NCBI GenBank assembly: GCA_012295275.1
Contig: CM022673.1
Span: forward strand, 2,728,001 to 2,792,000
Source: Chrysomallon squamiferum
Lineage: Eukaryota > Animalia > Mollusca
Reading direction: 5' to 3'
Length of the DNA: 64,000 nucleotides
Positions 1 to 15,049 of this stretch are shown here, piece by piece. The stretch's first letter is position 1. Every line of letters begins with the position of its first letter. A program made the position numbers and the translations under genes. The notes below the pieces were generated by a model that ran no database searches, was not told the DNA's origin, and was given only the letters and a program-made list of their open reading frames with translations.

Positions 1-322
1 TGACTGTCTCTAAAGAATATTTTTTGTTATCACTGAATAAAATTTAACTGTATAATTAATATTATAAGATTCTTTGAAAGTCTGTTCAGATAAAAGATTG
101 GAATTGGAAATTAGGTGATCTTAAAACAAACCATAAAGTAATCCATTCTACTAAGTTCTAGTAATGAACTTTGCAGTTTTCTAAGCAACAACTACTGATT
201 TTGCTTCACTGAAGTTTGTGGAGACATTTCTTCCTGCTGTAGTCTATTATTTCAATTTTAGAATATGCATATATTTATTGCTTTATCAGTTTTTCACAAA
301 TGTTTAATACTGTTTGTTTCAG

Positions 323-3300
323 AACCTCCAGAATGGCTGGATTTTGATGAATTTGATGATGTCTTGGATCTTCGTGCCTATCATGTGGTTGGAGAGGTCT
401 TCAACTTTGACCTTCTGGAGTTACCACCCCAGCCCAAGTCTGTCAACAAATGGACCATAACACAGTGTAAGTGAAATAACTGTTTTTGTTAAAACTGAAA
501 TTCATAAATGCTTTAAATCTGGAAAAGTGAAATAGTTTTACAATATATTTACAATAGTAACAATATGTTTGGTGATTGTTGGATATTGTATAAAATAAAA
601 TTGGTTTGCGCTTTGCATACATCTACACTGTAATGATATTACTAATTTGAAATGATCTTGTATTCAACAACCAGAACTATACTAGTAGTAAGAAGAATGG
701 GATGTTCAGGTGAAATATACTTTTTTTTTCTTCTTTGTTATTTATTATTATTGTTGTTTTGTTTTTTGTGTGTGTGTGTTTTTTCCATCATAAATATAAT
801 AATAAAGAAAATAAGTTAACTGTTGTATAATTTCCTGTTTTTTCGTTGTTTTTTTTATCCCTCCCAGTGGTTGACCCTCCTCAACTGAATTACTTGGAGT
901 ACAAGACAGAGATTCCATCCTCCAACCAAACAAAGGATCAGAAGGATGCACACACACAAGAGAAAGAAAAACGAGACGATAAACCACCCATTGGAATCCA
1001 CATTAAGTGAGATACATTCTTAATACATCCCCTCTACTGGACATGCTTAGTAAATATTTCAGCCACATCTAGTTTCATTTCAGTAGTTTGAATAAACAAA
1101 ACAAACTTGACTTAAAACAGTTATGTCAGGATCAAGTATTTTACATATAACAGAAAATTAATATAAGCTTTCTAGTCGTGTTGCAGAATAAATAAAAGTT
1201 TTACTTAAAGGTAATTGTCACTCTGTCAACATCAAATTGACATAACAGGCTATTAGAATTTACGTCTTTTTCTGTTATAAAGTACAAACCATCTATTGAT
1301 GCAGATATTCAGCTTTAAATTCTCAATAAGCTTCATGATATTTAAGAGAATATAAAATGCATGTAGCCATAAATTATACACTCTTAGGGATATTTAAGTG
1401 ATGTGAAGTAGTGGCATTTTTGTTTTATGTGTTCTTATTTACCATGATTTATGAAAGAGTTTTGCAGTATTTCAAATAAAAATGACATCTGTAGTAGACT
1501 TAAAACATGCAATGTTTGATTTCTAGACTTCCAAACAGCCATCTGTTCCTGGAGGAGCCACAAGTTGCCTGGTGGGACATGAAAAACAATCACTGGCGCC
1601 TAGACGGCTTCTCTGACATATCTTACAGTGAAGGTATGATTTGATTTTATTTTTGTGTGTGTTTATTGTATCAGTGGTGTTAATGGTCAGATTATAAAGC
1701 GTGTGTGTGTATGTATATAAGATGCTTATCTAACATGATGCTTATCAAATATGATTTTAGAATTGCAATAGTATTAATGTGTAATTAATTCTTAGAATAA
1801 AGAATATATATATTCCTTAAAAAAAAATAAAGCAAAGAAAAACAAAAAACCCCAAACAACAACAACAAAATAACCGATCAGGTTTTAAAACAAAAATAAA
1901 ATTAAACTGAATTGCTATATTCATCAGTGTAATATAATTATTATCTTAGTGGATAAATATTTAAGAAGAAACAAAGTTAAAATTAAACAACTAAAAAAAC
2001 ATTATTTATAAACCTGTGTAGATAAAAGAACATCTGATATTAAAACTCGACAAAACACATAGCTGATATGTAATTAACATTTGAAAAAACATTAACACAC
2101 TGGTTTTTGAACTAATGTACATGTGCATAATAAACTAATTTGTGTTATTTCAGAGAAACGAACACTTGATTTCAAAACAAGCAGGTTTGGAACACTAGCC
2201 CTCCTGCAAGATGCTCACATCAACATGCCATTTCAATCATGGGAAATCAGACCACGAGGCATCAACAAGGCAGTACTTACCATTGTTGCAGCTATTGTTG
2301 AGATTGAAATTGAGATACAGGTGAAATATTTTTTTTTTTTTTTTTACCTGTTAGTTTCTAATTTCTTTTTAACTTTAAAATATAAAGAGCCTTAAACTGT
2401 TATCTGTCCTAATATATAAAAAAATATATATATCAAAATAATGGGCCATCAAGAAACAGAGTCAATAAAACACACATACATACCTACATACATACATACA
2501 GATAAATAATTTTATGTTTGTATATGTATATATCATCTTAAGAACAAATGACCCAATTCAGCAAGGCTATATATAGATCTTACATTTACCCATATTTTCA
2601 ATTCAATCCTACTCTCGGAAAACTATAACAAAAATAAATTATAAAAAGTATTCACACATTAATATCATCTTTTGTTTTCTATTTCTTTTCTTTTTTTCAA
2701 AAACAAATATGGTGAAATCACATTAATATACTTGTTTCAGGACTCAATGTGTTTTTTGGGCACTTCTACAGAACTGCCTGAGTTGGTTAGCTTCAAGAAA
2801 GTCCAAATGATTCCAAGAGATTTAATAAAGGTAATTCTCATCTTGGTGTTATAAATTTTAAAAATGCACCAAAACATTGGTGACAAGAAAATTATGATTA
2901 ACAAAAATATATATATCTGTTACCACTATAACACTTTTAAACTGGTATTTATTTTGTTTCCTTCTGTGTAAAAAAATTTAGCTGTGATTAATAAGATATA
3001 GTAACATCTGTTATAAGTAGAATAGTTTTTGATTTGAACTTTACAGATAAAATATTTATGTATATATAATGTCTGTCTCTTTAATCCTATACAAAAAAAT
3101 TCAGTTAAGATTAATAAAATAGTGTCTACCTTTTATGATAGTTTTTAAATTGAAATTTACTGGTAAAATGTTCACCTCTGTATAAAGCATGTCTTGTTTC
3201 TCTCTCTCTCTCTACATATAATCATGTACTTGTCTGTCTGTTCAGAAATTGCAGAAAGTTGGCATGAACATATTTCCAGCTGAAGATTCATCAAAGTATG

Positions 3301-4050
3301 TGACAGTGCAAAATAAGGTGGGCCGTAGTCAAAAAATGATTACATATTTATTTATTTATTCATTTATGTATTTTATTTATTTTATTTTGTTTTCCTCGAT
3401 TCTATTTTCCTTTCATTTCTACAGATTTTTTTAAAATTAATTTACAATTTATTTATTTATTTACTTTAAATTTAGTTATATTATTTATTTGTTATTCATA
3501 AGTGTACTATAGATTATTTTTTATCTATTTGTTTTTTGTTGTTTATTTATTATTCTTGTTGTTGTTGTTGCATATTTTTACAAATAGCTCTGAAAATCCA
3601 AGTTTTATTTCCATTACTTAATTAGTAAAAAAAACCTTTAATTTCAAATGTATAGAACTGATTGTAAGTTATGTCAGCATGTTAACACACTGTTGATATT
3701 GGTTTCAGCATCCAGTTGTAGAAGACAGACTATACGAAGAGATGGCTCTGGTAGCATCGTCAATGGCATTTTCACTGAGCAAGTGGAATGGTGAAGTCAA
3801 GGACAAAGATAAAATTTTCTTCCAGGGTGCAGAACATCTAAGTAATGAACGTTTACTTGAGGTAAGTGGGGTTTTTTTTTTAACTTTCACTTTCTTTATT
3901 TTTCAGTCTTTATTTTATTTAACTAATGAACCTTTTACTTGAGATTGGTAGTTTTGGGGAAGGTGGTGTTAGCAGATAATTTATTCTCATTATTTGTTTT
4001 TTATTATTTATTTGTTTGTTTATTTATTTATTTTTTGATTGTTTTTCTGT

Positions 4051-4081
<31 letters not shown>

Positions 4082-4770
4082 TTTTATTATTTATTTAATT
4101 TGGTTTCTTTGTCTACCTGTTTACTTATTTATTTAGTCATTTTTTTGAAAAAACTTTTTATTTAATTATATTTTGTTTGTTTGCCTTTTTCTTTCTTTAT
4201 TTATTTATTTATTTATTTATTCTACAATATAGGAGGACTGGGGGGTGTTCCAGGTAACAAAACGTGAAGCTCAGAAGTTGAAGATGACAGAGTTTGATGA
4301 TGCTTATGTTGAGGAATCAGCACATCCTACAGTAGGCAAATTATAAATTTTATTTCATTAGCTTCATTAACAATACCTTTTAAAATTAGACTTAAAACAT
4401 TTAAGTTGCTCTTCTTTTTTTGCTAACAAAATAATAATAATAATTTCAACAAAAAAACCAAAAAATTATTTGTAAGTAGTAAGAATATTTTTCAGAGGCA
4501 CACATATTTTATAATATATTGGATTTCAGAGTTATATGTAAAAATACACAATAAAAATAATAATAAACAAATAAACAAATACAAGTATTTTTTGTCTTCT
4601 ATATTCTTGTAATTATAGACTTTTCATTTCAGTATCACTCCAACCTCTACCATCTTGTCATGGATATTGGATCTGAAAAAGCCTTGGAGAGGATAAAATC
4701 TTCCAGTGTTGAGTTTATTGACTGTGTAGAACAGATTCTGAAAGCAACCAAAGTACTCACATATTCTTAA
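323..4770 (+). CDS. DNAI7: Dynein axonemal intermediate chain 7 / CASC1 (CFAP94) homolog, 3' partial (gene starts before the window)
   Basis: Nine GT-AG exons join in frame: 323-466, 868-1006, 1527-1633, 2154-2320, 2741-2830, 3246-3317, 3709-3861, 4233-4331, 4633-4770 (TAA). Peptides recognised as CASC1-like: VLDLRAYHVVGEVFNFDLLELPPQPK, FLEEPQVAWWD, FKTSRFGTLALLQDAHINMPFQSWEIRP, GMNIFPAEDS, MALVASSMAFSLSKWN, YHSNLYHL...LKATKVLTYS*. Confidence 0.88.
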
Positions 4771-6549
4771 ACAAGGGAATGGTGTTTAAATCTAATATAG
4801 GTGGGGTAAAAACAAACAAAAAAAACTACGGTATGAATAATAAATTTGAAAATAGTTAATGTAAAAAAAAAAAAAATGTATCTTTAAAATTATTGTAAAT
4901 AATATGTACAGTATTTTTTTTTCTCTTTCACTCTCTCTCATTATTGAAAATACTTGTACTTTATAATAACTCTGCAATGTATCTTGATATTTTATTTAAT
5001 AGAAAAGAAAATGAAGGTAATGCTTCTTCATTAAGTTGAGACTGTTTCATTAAATAACAGGGGCTCTCTTTAGTTTTTATGGGTGTTTTTTTAATAGGTT
5101 TATTTTGTTATTTATATTTCTTTTCCATTTGAATATAAATTCAAAGCAATAAAAAATAAATAATAAGAGAAATTAACAGTTTGAGACAGTGATGAATTTT
5201 AAGTAAATTGTCTTACAACAATCTGTGATAAACTTTACAAAATGTACTTCTACAAATTCACCTCTTATTTTACTTTTTTGTGGATTTATTTTATATTATG
5301 TAACAAAGATTTTATTAAATTACTGAATTTACTTGTTTTCTTTTCTTTCTGTTTTTCTTGCTATTTGCAAATTTTAACATTACTCTAAGTCAAGTAAAAA
5401 AAATTTTGTTTGGATTTTGTTTGTCCAGTATATGTTTTTTGAATGTACATAGAAATGCACAAAACAAAATAAAATAAGAAAAAAAAAAAAACACACACAC
5501 ACACACATACAAACATGCACATAAACAAACACAATAAAATAAAAATAAATAAATAAAAATACTAGTTCATGAAAAACTTAAGGATATGGCAGATAACTGA
5601 ATTAAACAGAATATCAAGAAGAAAAAAAATAAAAAAATAAAAGGAGAATTGACTGGTTTTTTATATAGTCATATATTTGTTTTTTTCCAATGGTTAATGT
5701 GTATCGAGACAAATAGAAAAATGTACACATAAAATGTAATTAGGTTATTTTATATTAAAACAGTACTTTCTTAAAATTCTGTGATATTCTGGAGAAATAT
5801 TCTGAATTCTTCTGAGATAAATATTTATCAACTCATTATGGACCAAAGCAATTTAAGATATTTTTGCATCATTGTATTCATCAAAATTTAAAATGATATA
5901 AATTTAACCGGGGTTATCCCCAGTTTTAGGATGGAATCAGAAACTACATCCTTGCAGAAAAGGCATTTATCTTTGAAATGTATAATCAATTTAATGTTTA
6001 ATACCTTTTTGATAAATCTTTTCAAGACACTTTAAAACATAGATAATAAAGTATTTAAGATTTCAAATTCATATTTTGAGTTCATGCAGGTTTCTTGTGT
6101 ATCTCAATGTGCCAGTATGTGAAGTGATCCAAATGTACATTCAAATATGTAGAATGTATTTTCAATTTTTGAAAACGGTATATAAAAACATCTGATGAAT
6201 TATAAATTTATTACATTTCTATCTGTTCAGTTTAACAGCCTTTATTCTAAAAATTGTTTAAATATAAAAAAAAAAGAGAAAATATTTTCATAAATACATT
6301 AAATTTATTTTATTTCAGTCACTGACTGATAATAAGCACTCATTTTACATATAGGTGATGTTACAAGTTACCTGGTATTTCACAAAACAGGTCTGTAATA
6401 CCACATTACCTCTAAACACTCAATGTCTGTCACTCTGTTTTTGTTTTGTGGTAAACTGACATACAGAAGTGATCAAGTCCAACAAAACAAAACTACCATT
6501 AATATTTTTTTTTAAATGTCTGGGTTTTGGGTGTTGTTTTTTTCCAAAC

Positions 6550-8220
6550 TCATGCTACAATGGGTGGTGCTGGTGGATCGGGAAATTCTCCCAGTTTTTC
6601 AGCATAGTAAGCATTTTGTCTAAACAGTTTCAGGTCAAATGGTGCACGATTTTCAAGTTTTGTCAGTACCACACCCAGATCCTCTAGAGTCGGGCAGTCT
6701 GTCAGTACATCAGTAATATGTTCCTGAAAAACAAAAAACAAATAAATAAATAAATAAACAAATAAAAATTAAACATTTAAAGAAAACAGAAACAAATTTT
6801 TTGGTATAAACTCCTGAAACGGATATGCAAAAAATACATTTTTTAATATTTCAGCAAAAAGAAAACACTATTTTTTTAATTTCTTTGAAACATTCCCTGA
6901 ATTTAAAAATTAGATACAAAATTCTGCTTTGCATAAATTCACAGATCATATTAAGAATGAATAATTCTTAGTACACAGACAAGGGTGAAATTTCCAAAGT
7001 TTTTTTATCTTACCCTTTCCAACTTTTCTAGAGAACAGACTGGATCAGGTGCTATCAAACCAATCAGCTGAGCTTTAAGTCTAAATGAAAATGAAATTAA
7101 AAAAAATAATTTAAATTTAACAATATACTCGAAACATTTTTAATCAACTGTTTATAGCTATGTGCAAATGTTTACGAAACCATTTAAATATTGGAGAAAA
7201 AATATATAATCTGCTGTTGCCATACAGTGGGTTTTTTTTATTAGTAAAGATTTTTTTAAAATAAAGAGTACCTACAAGGTATTTTTATAAACCAGTTATA
7301 GGCTGAACCAAAGACAGAAAAGACAGAGAGTATGTGCATAGGCCTATGTTTGCATGTGCATGCATCTGAGTGCACAGAGAATTCAGAAAGAGAATTCTGT
7401 CCATACATGTGTGTGTGTGTGTGTCAAATTCAAAACAAAATAAATATAAAAACTAAAGACAAATTATATATTTTTTGCATTATGGAAATCATATATAACA
7501 ACTTTTAGGTTTATAACAGACAACAACTTTTAGGTTTATCATCAACAGCTGTGTGTAAACAAGTATTTTGTTGATCATATCTAATCACCTGAAAGCGGGT
7601 GTGAGATATATTCTTCTGAACTGTCTGAATCTCATGCTGTTGTAGAAGAAATCCACTAGATCTGCCAAGTAGTAGCGATGAGGCCTGAAATGTAAAAAAT
7701 AATAATAATAGTCATGACCAGTTTGTATCATTACCCATTATTATTTTACTGGATTTGACCGATTTTGACCAATTCATAAAAAGGAGAAAAAAAAAAAAAA
7801 ATGGGGAAAAAAAAAAGGTTTCAAAAGCTACCAAATATTTCACAAAAAAAAAAAAAAAAAAAAAGAATGTGATTATTTCAGGATATGGAATAGAACAAGG
7901 CCAAGTAAAAGATTGTGATAGTTTAGTATTCATCTCCTTTATTGTACAGGTTTTAATGCAGCATAATAAAACAGAGTATTTAAAATGAAGTTAAGACCAT
8001 TTACGACATTCTGAATGATCTAAAAATTATAATGCAATAATTTGAGATGAAAACTGTTCTATACATTTTTGTGTTAACCTCTTTAATAAATGCTAAAATA
8101 ATAATAATGACTAATAATAAATCACCTACCCAACTGTTTCAAAAGTTTTTCCTACAGCATCTGGGTTATAAATGGCTTGTTTGACACCTTCTGCAACATC
8201 AGCAACCTATTAAAAAAAAG

Positions 8221-8251
<31 letters not shown>

Positions 8252-10536
8252 GATAATATAATACTGTAATTTTCTAAAATATGTAATCCTTTTCATAAAA
8301 ATGTCTTTTTAATCCAAAAATAAATTTTAAAAAAAGAAAAAGATATGCCTTTTTTTCCTGTCCTAAATTTTAGATTTTTTTTTTTTCAGTCTCTATTTCT
8401 GAACAAAAACAAATACCAAAATATTTGAATCTGAAGACAAAAATTAAATTAATTTTAGATGTGAAAATAAAGTTAAGAAAAGTAAACGCACATAGACTGG
8501 TAGTTTAGTTGTTGCTTCTCCTTTTTGCCAAAGGGGTATTCTGGTATTGTGAGCTCGTCTCCCTGTGAAAAGAAAAATGATATAATTGCATAATTATAAA
8601 ATCTCTTAACAAAGGTGTGTAAGATCCAGCTGAAAATGTGACTGTTATGGAACAAAGAGATTAAATATAAATAATATACTTAAAATTTTGGTGTTTTTTT
8701 AAAGGCACTAATATCTGCTAGTAATAAAATGTATTAAAGTAACAACCACTTGAGCAGCTGCCTTGAAATAATCATTTTTCTTAAATTTTAACAATTTTGT
8801 ACACAGAAATATAGAAACCCAATGCTGGCAAGAGCTCCACATTGTATTACTAACTGATGATAAAGATCAAAATAAAAATTCAGTAAAATAATCGTAAAGT
8901 ATATAATGATCTTGTTTTGTGTCTTTTGACTTCTATATTTATACATAAATGACAGTAAAAATTTTGGGATTATTTTTATTGTTGTTATACTTTATTATTA
9001 GCAATAGTTGAGATACAGTCCTGACTAATACAATCACATCGAAGTAAATAAGATGCATTTACACTTTTATAATAGTACTTTCCTAAAGTCATGATCACTC
9101 AACAACAGAAATCATCTATGTAATAAACAAGATTTTGGCAGTCTATTATTTAGCTACCATGTATAATAACTCTATTTGTTATGTGATCTTGATCAATTAC
9201 TGAAAAGTCTTAACAACAGAAAATACAAGTAAAGAAGACATACAGAAGTTGGCATAGTATCTGAGATATCTATCTTCAGCACCATACATGTCTGATGGGC
9301 GAAAGATGATAGCATCTGGAAACTCCTCTCTTACTGCTTGTTCACCAGCGTACTGACAAAAAAAAATTGAAAACATTTTATTTAATGACACATGAAAGAA
9401 ATTTTTTTTAAATTTACCATTATATTTTTAAAAATGTCTTTTCTTTAACGATATATTGTTAAAGAAAAGATATATCGTTGAAGAAAGGTCATTTTTTAAA
9501 TTTACCTTTTTAATGATAGTACTTTTCAGATTAGCAGCAGAGGAAAATGTATGTGACAGCCTCTGATAAACCAGTAAAAATGTTAGTAGTATTTATTTTT
9601 TTTATTTGTTTGTTTGTTTTTAAAAATTTCAATATTGGCTCAGACTAAGTGTTTTTGAGAGTGTGAACTTTGGTTCACAGATGAAACATGTTTGTCACCC
9701 CTATAATTACTCTCTCACACATATCTGCTTGATAAAACATCCAGTTATTGTATATTGCCAGTTTAGACAGCTTGATACTGGTTTACTGAATAAAAACACT
9801 GACCTTTGTCTTAAGAAACTGGGAGCCATCCTTCATGTAGATTTTCTGAGGATCACTGCTGGCGTTTAATGATGAAAAGTGGATGAACTTCTCAATGCCA
9901 CTTTCACGTGCTGCCCTGGCAATAATCCTTGCTCCTTTTACATGGACATCGTCAAATGTGAAATTTCTGTTAAAAGAAATTTTGTTTGAAGAATCAGTTG
10001 AAACTTATGAATGACATTAAATACCATTTGTAGTACTTAATCTGAAAAAAATATTCAACATCACATCCACTAATTTTTTTTACTGAATGAATAAACTATT
10101 ATTTTTATAATGATGATCTTCTTGTCTCTTAATGTTTCTACTCAAAACAGGCTAGTTAGATAAAAAGAAAGAAGAAAAAGTAAAACCTATCTTTTAACTA
10201 ATAAACATTTGTTTTTGCAATTATGTTCATTTCAAGTTTTTTAGACAGATACAGATATATAAAAAAAACTTAACTTAATTAGCTTTGTTTCTCTTTCCTT
10301 TCTTTTTTTTTGTATTAATACTAATAGTTCTAGGAAAATACATAAATATGTTACAATGCATAATTTGGTTACTGATATATAATAATAAAAATATATCCTA
10401 CTTGGTTTCAAAGTCACGTCCAGTAAGATTGATGACAACATTTGAATATTTCATTGCCTTTTTGACGGAGCCTTCATCCCGAATGTCATATGGCTGCCAG
10501 GTAAAAACATTTATAAAGTATATATATATAATAGGC

Positions 10537-10575
<39 letters not shown>

Positions 10576-12117
10576 TTAATAATAACACTAATAATGATGA
10601 TGATGATGATGATGATATTAATGAACAGAAATATAAAGGAAGTATTATCAAAATACTTAAAATATCTGTTATAAAATCTTTTTGGATTAAATGTGTTAGT
10701 ACGTGTGGCTATGTACATATATGTGTATGATAACAAATTTGTTGACAGTCACTTCAAAATATAACCAGAAAGACTAAATAAGAGGTCATTCGAACAACAA
10801 ATTCATAAAAACTTTCTTATTATTCACTAGAAGTTTATAAGATTTTCTTCAACAATTATTCTAACAAATGAATTAACAACCTGTTTGGAAGCTATTTCTG
10901 ATAGACTGTGATACAGTAAGGCTTCAAAACTAGACCTAGAGAACAATTTATGCTTAGTAAGTTTCTTACCATAAACAGTATCTGACCCAATTCACCTGTC
11001 AGTCTCAAATATTGGTAATCTATGGGTTCGCCTCGATATGGAATAATGACTTGAGATCCAATTCGTCCTGAAATATTTAAATAATATTTACTGATTTTTT
11101 TAAAACATATGTGCAATGGTATGAATAAAAATGTCAGTATGTTCTGTAAACCTCAGAATTATTATTATTAATTTTTTTTTTCTTTTGATAAATCATTGCT
11201 AATAATAAAGTATGATAAAATAACAAGTTTATAAGGACTTTTTTAAGCCAGCATATTCCTTATATTAATCATGTTAATGATATTATTTTGTAAATAAAAA
11301 GTTATAATAATGCAAGAATTATCTAATTTTGTAATAAATAAATTAAAATTATACATACCGAGTTTATTGACAACATATCGCCCCAAAAATCCAGTTGCTC
11401 CATAAACTGTTGCAACAATCCCACTGAAAGATGAACGTCCACCAGGTCCCTTTTTAAAGGCAACAATATTTGAGCTTGAGTGCCTTTTGTTGATGTAGGC
11501 AGCACTAGCAAGATGAGTTATCTGCTTCCTAGCTGGCTCTGTGGAGAGGAAAAACTATATAATTGCTATATATGTAGATAAAAAGTATTTGGAAGTATTT
11601 ATTTTATGATTATGATACATATCACAACTAACAACATCACGGTATAACTGTAACAGTGTAACTTGTAAGTGTCACTGTAATTTATAAAACTTTATACTTA
11701 TAGTTTATATATGTAACAATGCTAACATTATCATGATTATGAAAATGCAAGAAGGGGCTGCTGAAGGTTATTGTCTTGGTTATTTTGCTTTTTAAAACCT
11801 TTATTTGTGTCCTTATTTCCCAAGATTATAAAAGATATATTTTAAATCGCACAAGCCCGACAAGGTCATATTTATTTGCATGGCTTTTGACAAGACCAGT
11901 GACAACCCATACTCAGATAATCATACTGCAAACGTTCGGTGAAGGTCAAAGGGGCAGATAAATTGAATAAGCTTTGCAATTGAATTATATAGTTAATGAT
12001 GATCGTTAATTATTTGGCAAAGGTAATAAACTGAATTTATTATTTAAATAAGCATGACATAAACAAAGACTCACTTCCATAATTGACCAGACATTTCTGT
12101 ACGGCTATCGCCGCCAT
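6550..12117 (-). CDS. NDUFA9: NADH dehydrogenase (ubiquinone) 1 alpha subcomplex subunit 9 (39 kDa, SDR fold), complete, 11 coding exons
   Basis: Exons: 12117-12075 (ATG GCG GCG ATA), 11538-11359, 11067-10970, 10493-10402, 9966-9804, 9352-9244, 8562-8492, 8206-8130, 7684-7589, 7080-7014, 6723-6550. Hallmark motifs: [112 protein letters not shown]. Confidence 0.96.
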
Positions 12118-12440
12118 GATGGTAGACTGATCTTTTATTGTCGATTACCACTGGAACCTACTAAAGCTATAAATGTCAACAATGAATCAAATGATACCGA
12201 ATTTAACCAAAATTAATGATTTTCAAACTGATTATTTATTGATTAATCTGGGTCCTACTTATTAATCCGAAATAATTATTATTATTGTTGTTGTTGTTGT
12301 TGTTAAATAAGTTTCAATCAAAAGCCGGCATTATTAGTTTGATTTAAGATATCCATTCGAGTACTAATATCCATTCAAACTACCTAACAAAAATAAAAAT
12401 GGGGGGAGAAAAAACCAGATATTTTTTTTAAAGTTATTTG

Positions 12441-12508
<68 letters not shown>

Positions 12509-13329
12509 AATTGCAGTTTTAAGGATGAAAAATAGTTAAGATTTGTTTTTAAAACATCAATCGGTTAATCTAAACCTACACCGATTTTAAAAGTTTATGT
12601 TGCTATCAAGCACTCGGATATTTACACGCACAAATAGAAATTAAAACATTTTGTTGCATTTCGGACTATTGCTGTAATTACTAAGGCTGGCTTAATGAAG
12701 CGTAGCATAGGAAGGGATCTCGTCTACGACGTGATACGACTGACAGACGTGTTCTTCTTTTAAATTATATATTTAACTGATATTTTATTTTAATTTTAAA
12801 AAGAGTGAGATAGAGGAGGTAATGTGGATAGCACTTATCTGTTTATTTTCTTTATTTGATATTATCTGTAAGTTGTAGTCGTGGATCAATGTATCGTATC
12901 ATTATCATCGGGTATGGTTTTTGACGCATTTTGATTTTCGTTAAATGAATGCGCATCATCATGGACAAAATTTTGTTTACGGATTTATTTATTTATTTAT
13001 TTTTTTTTTTTTTTATCTACCAAATAAAGCAGTGCTTCCTATTCGATTAAACAGTTTACATAACCATATACTGATATAGCTAAAAGTACTGTTTTTCATA
13101 AGGTATTTTTAGCCGTACATAATTATACGATTATGATAAATAAACAATCCCATATCTCCAAACTTTCACAATGAATTTCACTCACAAAGTGACAAACTGC
13201 ACAAAACTTTGCCGTCTGCTGACAGTCAGAACACGATTAAGCAATTAGGCCACGACCACTTCGGTTTGTTTTTATGGAACTCCCTCACAAGTTCTGCGTC
13301 AAAACCCAAACCCATACCGCATTAAAAAG
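12118..13329. promoter_or_regulatory. Putative bidirectional promoter shared by NDUFA9 (-) and TXNL4A (+), including a probable non-coding first exon of TXNL4A ending at 13329
   Basis: The genes are divergent, CpG density is locally raised against the background, and a strong donor AAAAG|GTAAGA at 13329/13330 could pair with the acceptor TTTTAG at 15039. The TSS is not directly visible. Confidence 0.5.
12443..12507. repeat. (TC)n microsatellite in the NDUFA9/TXNL4A intergenic region
   Basis: About 32 perfect TC units read directly from the sequence. Confidence 0.95.
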
Positions 13330-15049
13330 GTAAGAATGTAACACTAACACTAACAGTATACACATAATTATAATACTAATAGCAAGAAACAAACAGAAAC
13401 TCGCAATATGAATATGTACTGAATTTAATGTTTATATTTTAATCATGTATATATATATTATGTTGTGTCTGTTTCAATAATAAGAAGAAAAACGTTATTT
13501 TTGCACAACACAAGATTGTTGCTTATCTGCATCAAAACTGATAGTGATACCATGAGGATATATCAATATCAAATTGATAGATCTTTATTAAAGATTATTT
13601 ATATCATTAAGTTATCATTATGATGCATCAGTATTTTTCATTTTTGTTATGTTATTAATTGTAAAAGGTGGCAGTTTCGAATATCAGTATTGTAACAATA
13701 ATTATTAAAAGTGGATATTTAGCCATGAACTGGTTTTAAATTTCAGCTATTTGGCCATGAGTTCCGTTAAGGCATGTACATTTGTGTAATTTTGTTAAAA
13801 TGACTGCCAGCAACCTGCTTTGTTCTCTATTTTACCTTGAACATAACTGAACTAGGGACCTACTTCAGGCTAAACAATACACAAGCTCTTTTACTGTGAA
13901 AAATGTTGCTGTAGATGTCATCAGCATTGTGTTGTTGTATAACTAGTCTATGTCAATTGAATTTCATTTTTCTTTTGAAATGAATGGGCTTCCTGTGTAT
14001 AACTATCAACATAATTCTACCAGGTTGTAATACATTACATTCTTCAGTCTTCTTTTAGCCACCATGAACAATCTTGTGCCACAAACATGAAACACCCTCT
14101 CTTCTTTCAAAAGTAACATTTTATCAATTAGTAAATGCCAACAGTAAAATGTAGAGAGCACTGTACATGTCATCATATGTACCAGAACTAACAGCCAAAT
14201 GTAAAACCAGTTCACAAGTAAAATATCCACCAAGATTTAACCCCCAAATTCCATATAGCAGTGTATTTGCAGCAATCCCACTCTTAAGGTTAGGATGCCA
14301 AATTCAATTCTTGTTATAAATTTACAATTCAATAACAATATATGCTCCAATAAATATGAACAGATACTGCTTTGAACTTGTTGAAAATGATTATTTTTAA
14401 CACTAGCAAGTATTATAAGGAACAATATTAATCTTTATCACTCATTTGCAAAACCATTATATATAATATCAAAACATACACACACATACACATTAATTGA
14501 ATTTCATAGATGGATTATTATGCCAAACTCAGTCAAAGTCACAACATAATATATCACTGCAGCAGTGCCCAATATGTCAATTAGACAGTCTGGATAGATC
14601 GCATGACACTAAAAAATTACCTATCATCCATAGTGCAAGTGCAAATCATCAGAGTAAAGTGATGGCAAAAATGTACAGACTTGTATTGTGCCATACAGGT
14701 TCATGCTGTTATGCAAGATGCACCAACATATATTGTAACTATAAGGTATACTTAGTATCAATAAATAAATAAACGTTTTGCATTTTTATTGTAGGTAGAT
14801 CATTTTGACTTGGTCATTTAAAAAGTAACTCGCAAGCCAAAAAGATGTGGGCATTCCTGTATTATGGCATAGCAAACCTAATTCAATATGTATATATTTT
14901 GAAATATAAGCTGGGGAATTATTGCCAGTGGATCTTTGTAAAGTAGAATCTGGATTTATCAGGTAGTGTCTATATAGATATTTATTTATTTTTAATTATG
15001 TAACTTACTATGAGTAAAATAATATGTTTTCCATTTTAGGTGAGCCAGA

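Noticed and set aside
8473-8655. ORF-track peptide [16 protein letters not shown] as a novel exon
   Set aside because: Wrong frame. With the phase-1 junction, exon 8562-8492 reads [24 protein letters not shown], which is ordinary NDUFA9.
9437-9490. Short palindrome TCTTTTCTTTAACGATATATTGTTAAAGAAAAGA as a miRNA hairpin or terminator
   Set aside because: It is short, AT-rich and intronic, and is better explained by a local template-switch duplication.
10285-10736. ORFs with poly-I/poly-M runs
   Set aside because: They are translations of (ATA)n/(ATG)n microsatellites; only the embedded NDUFA9 exon 10493-10402 is coding.
14006-14772. Short ORFs in the putative TXNL4A 5' UTR intron
   Set aside because: No recognisable motifs or consistent exon chain.
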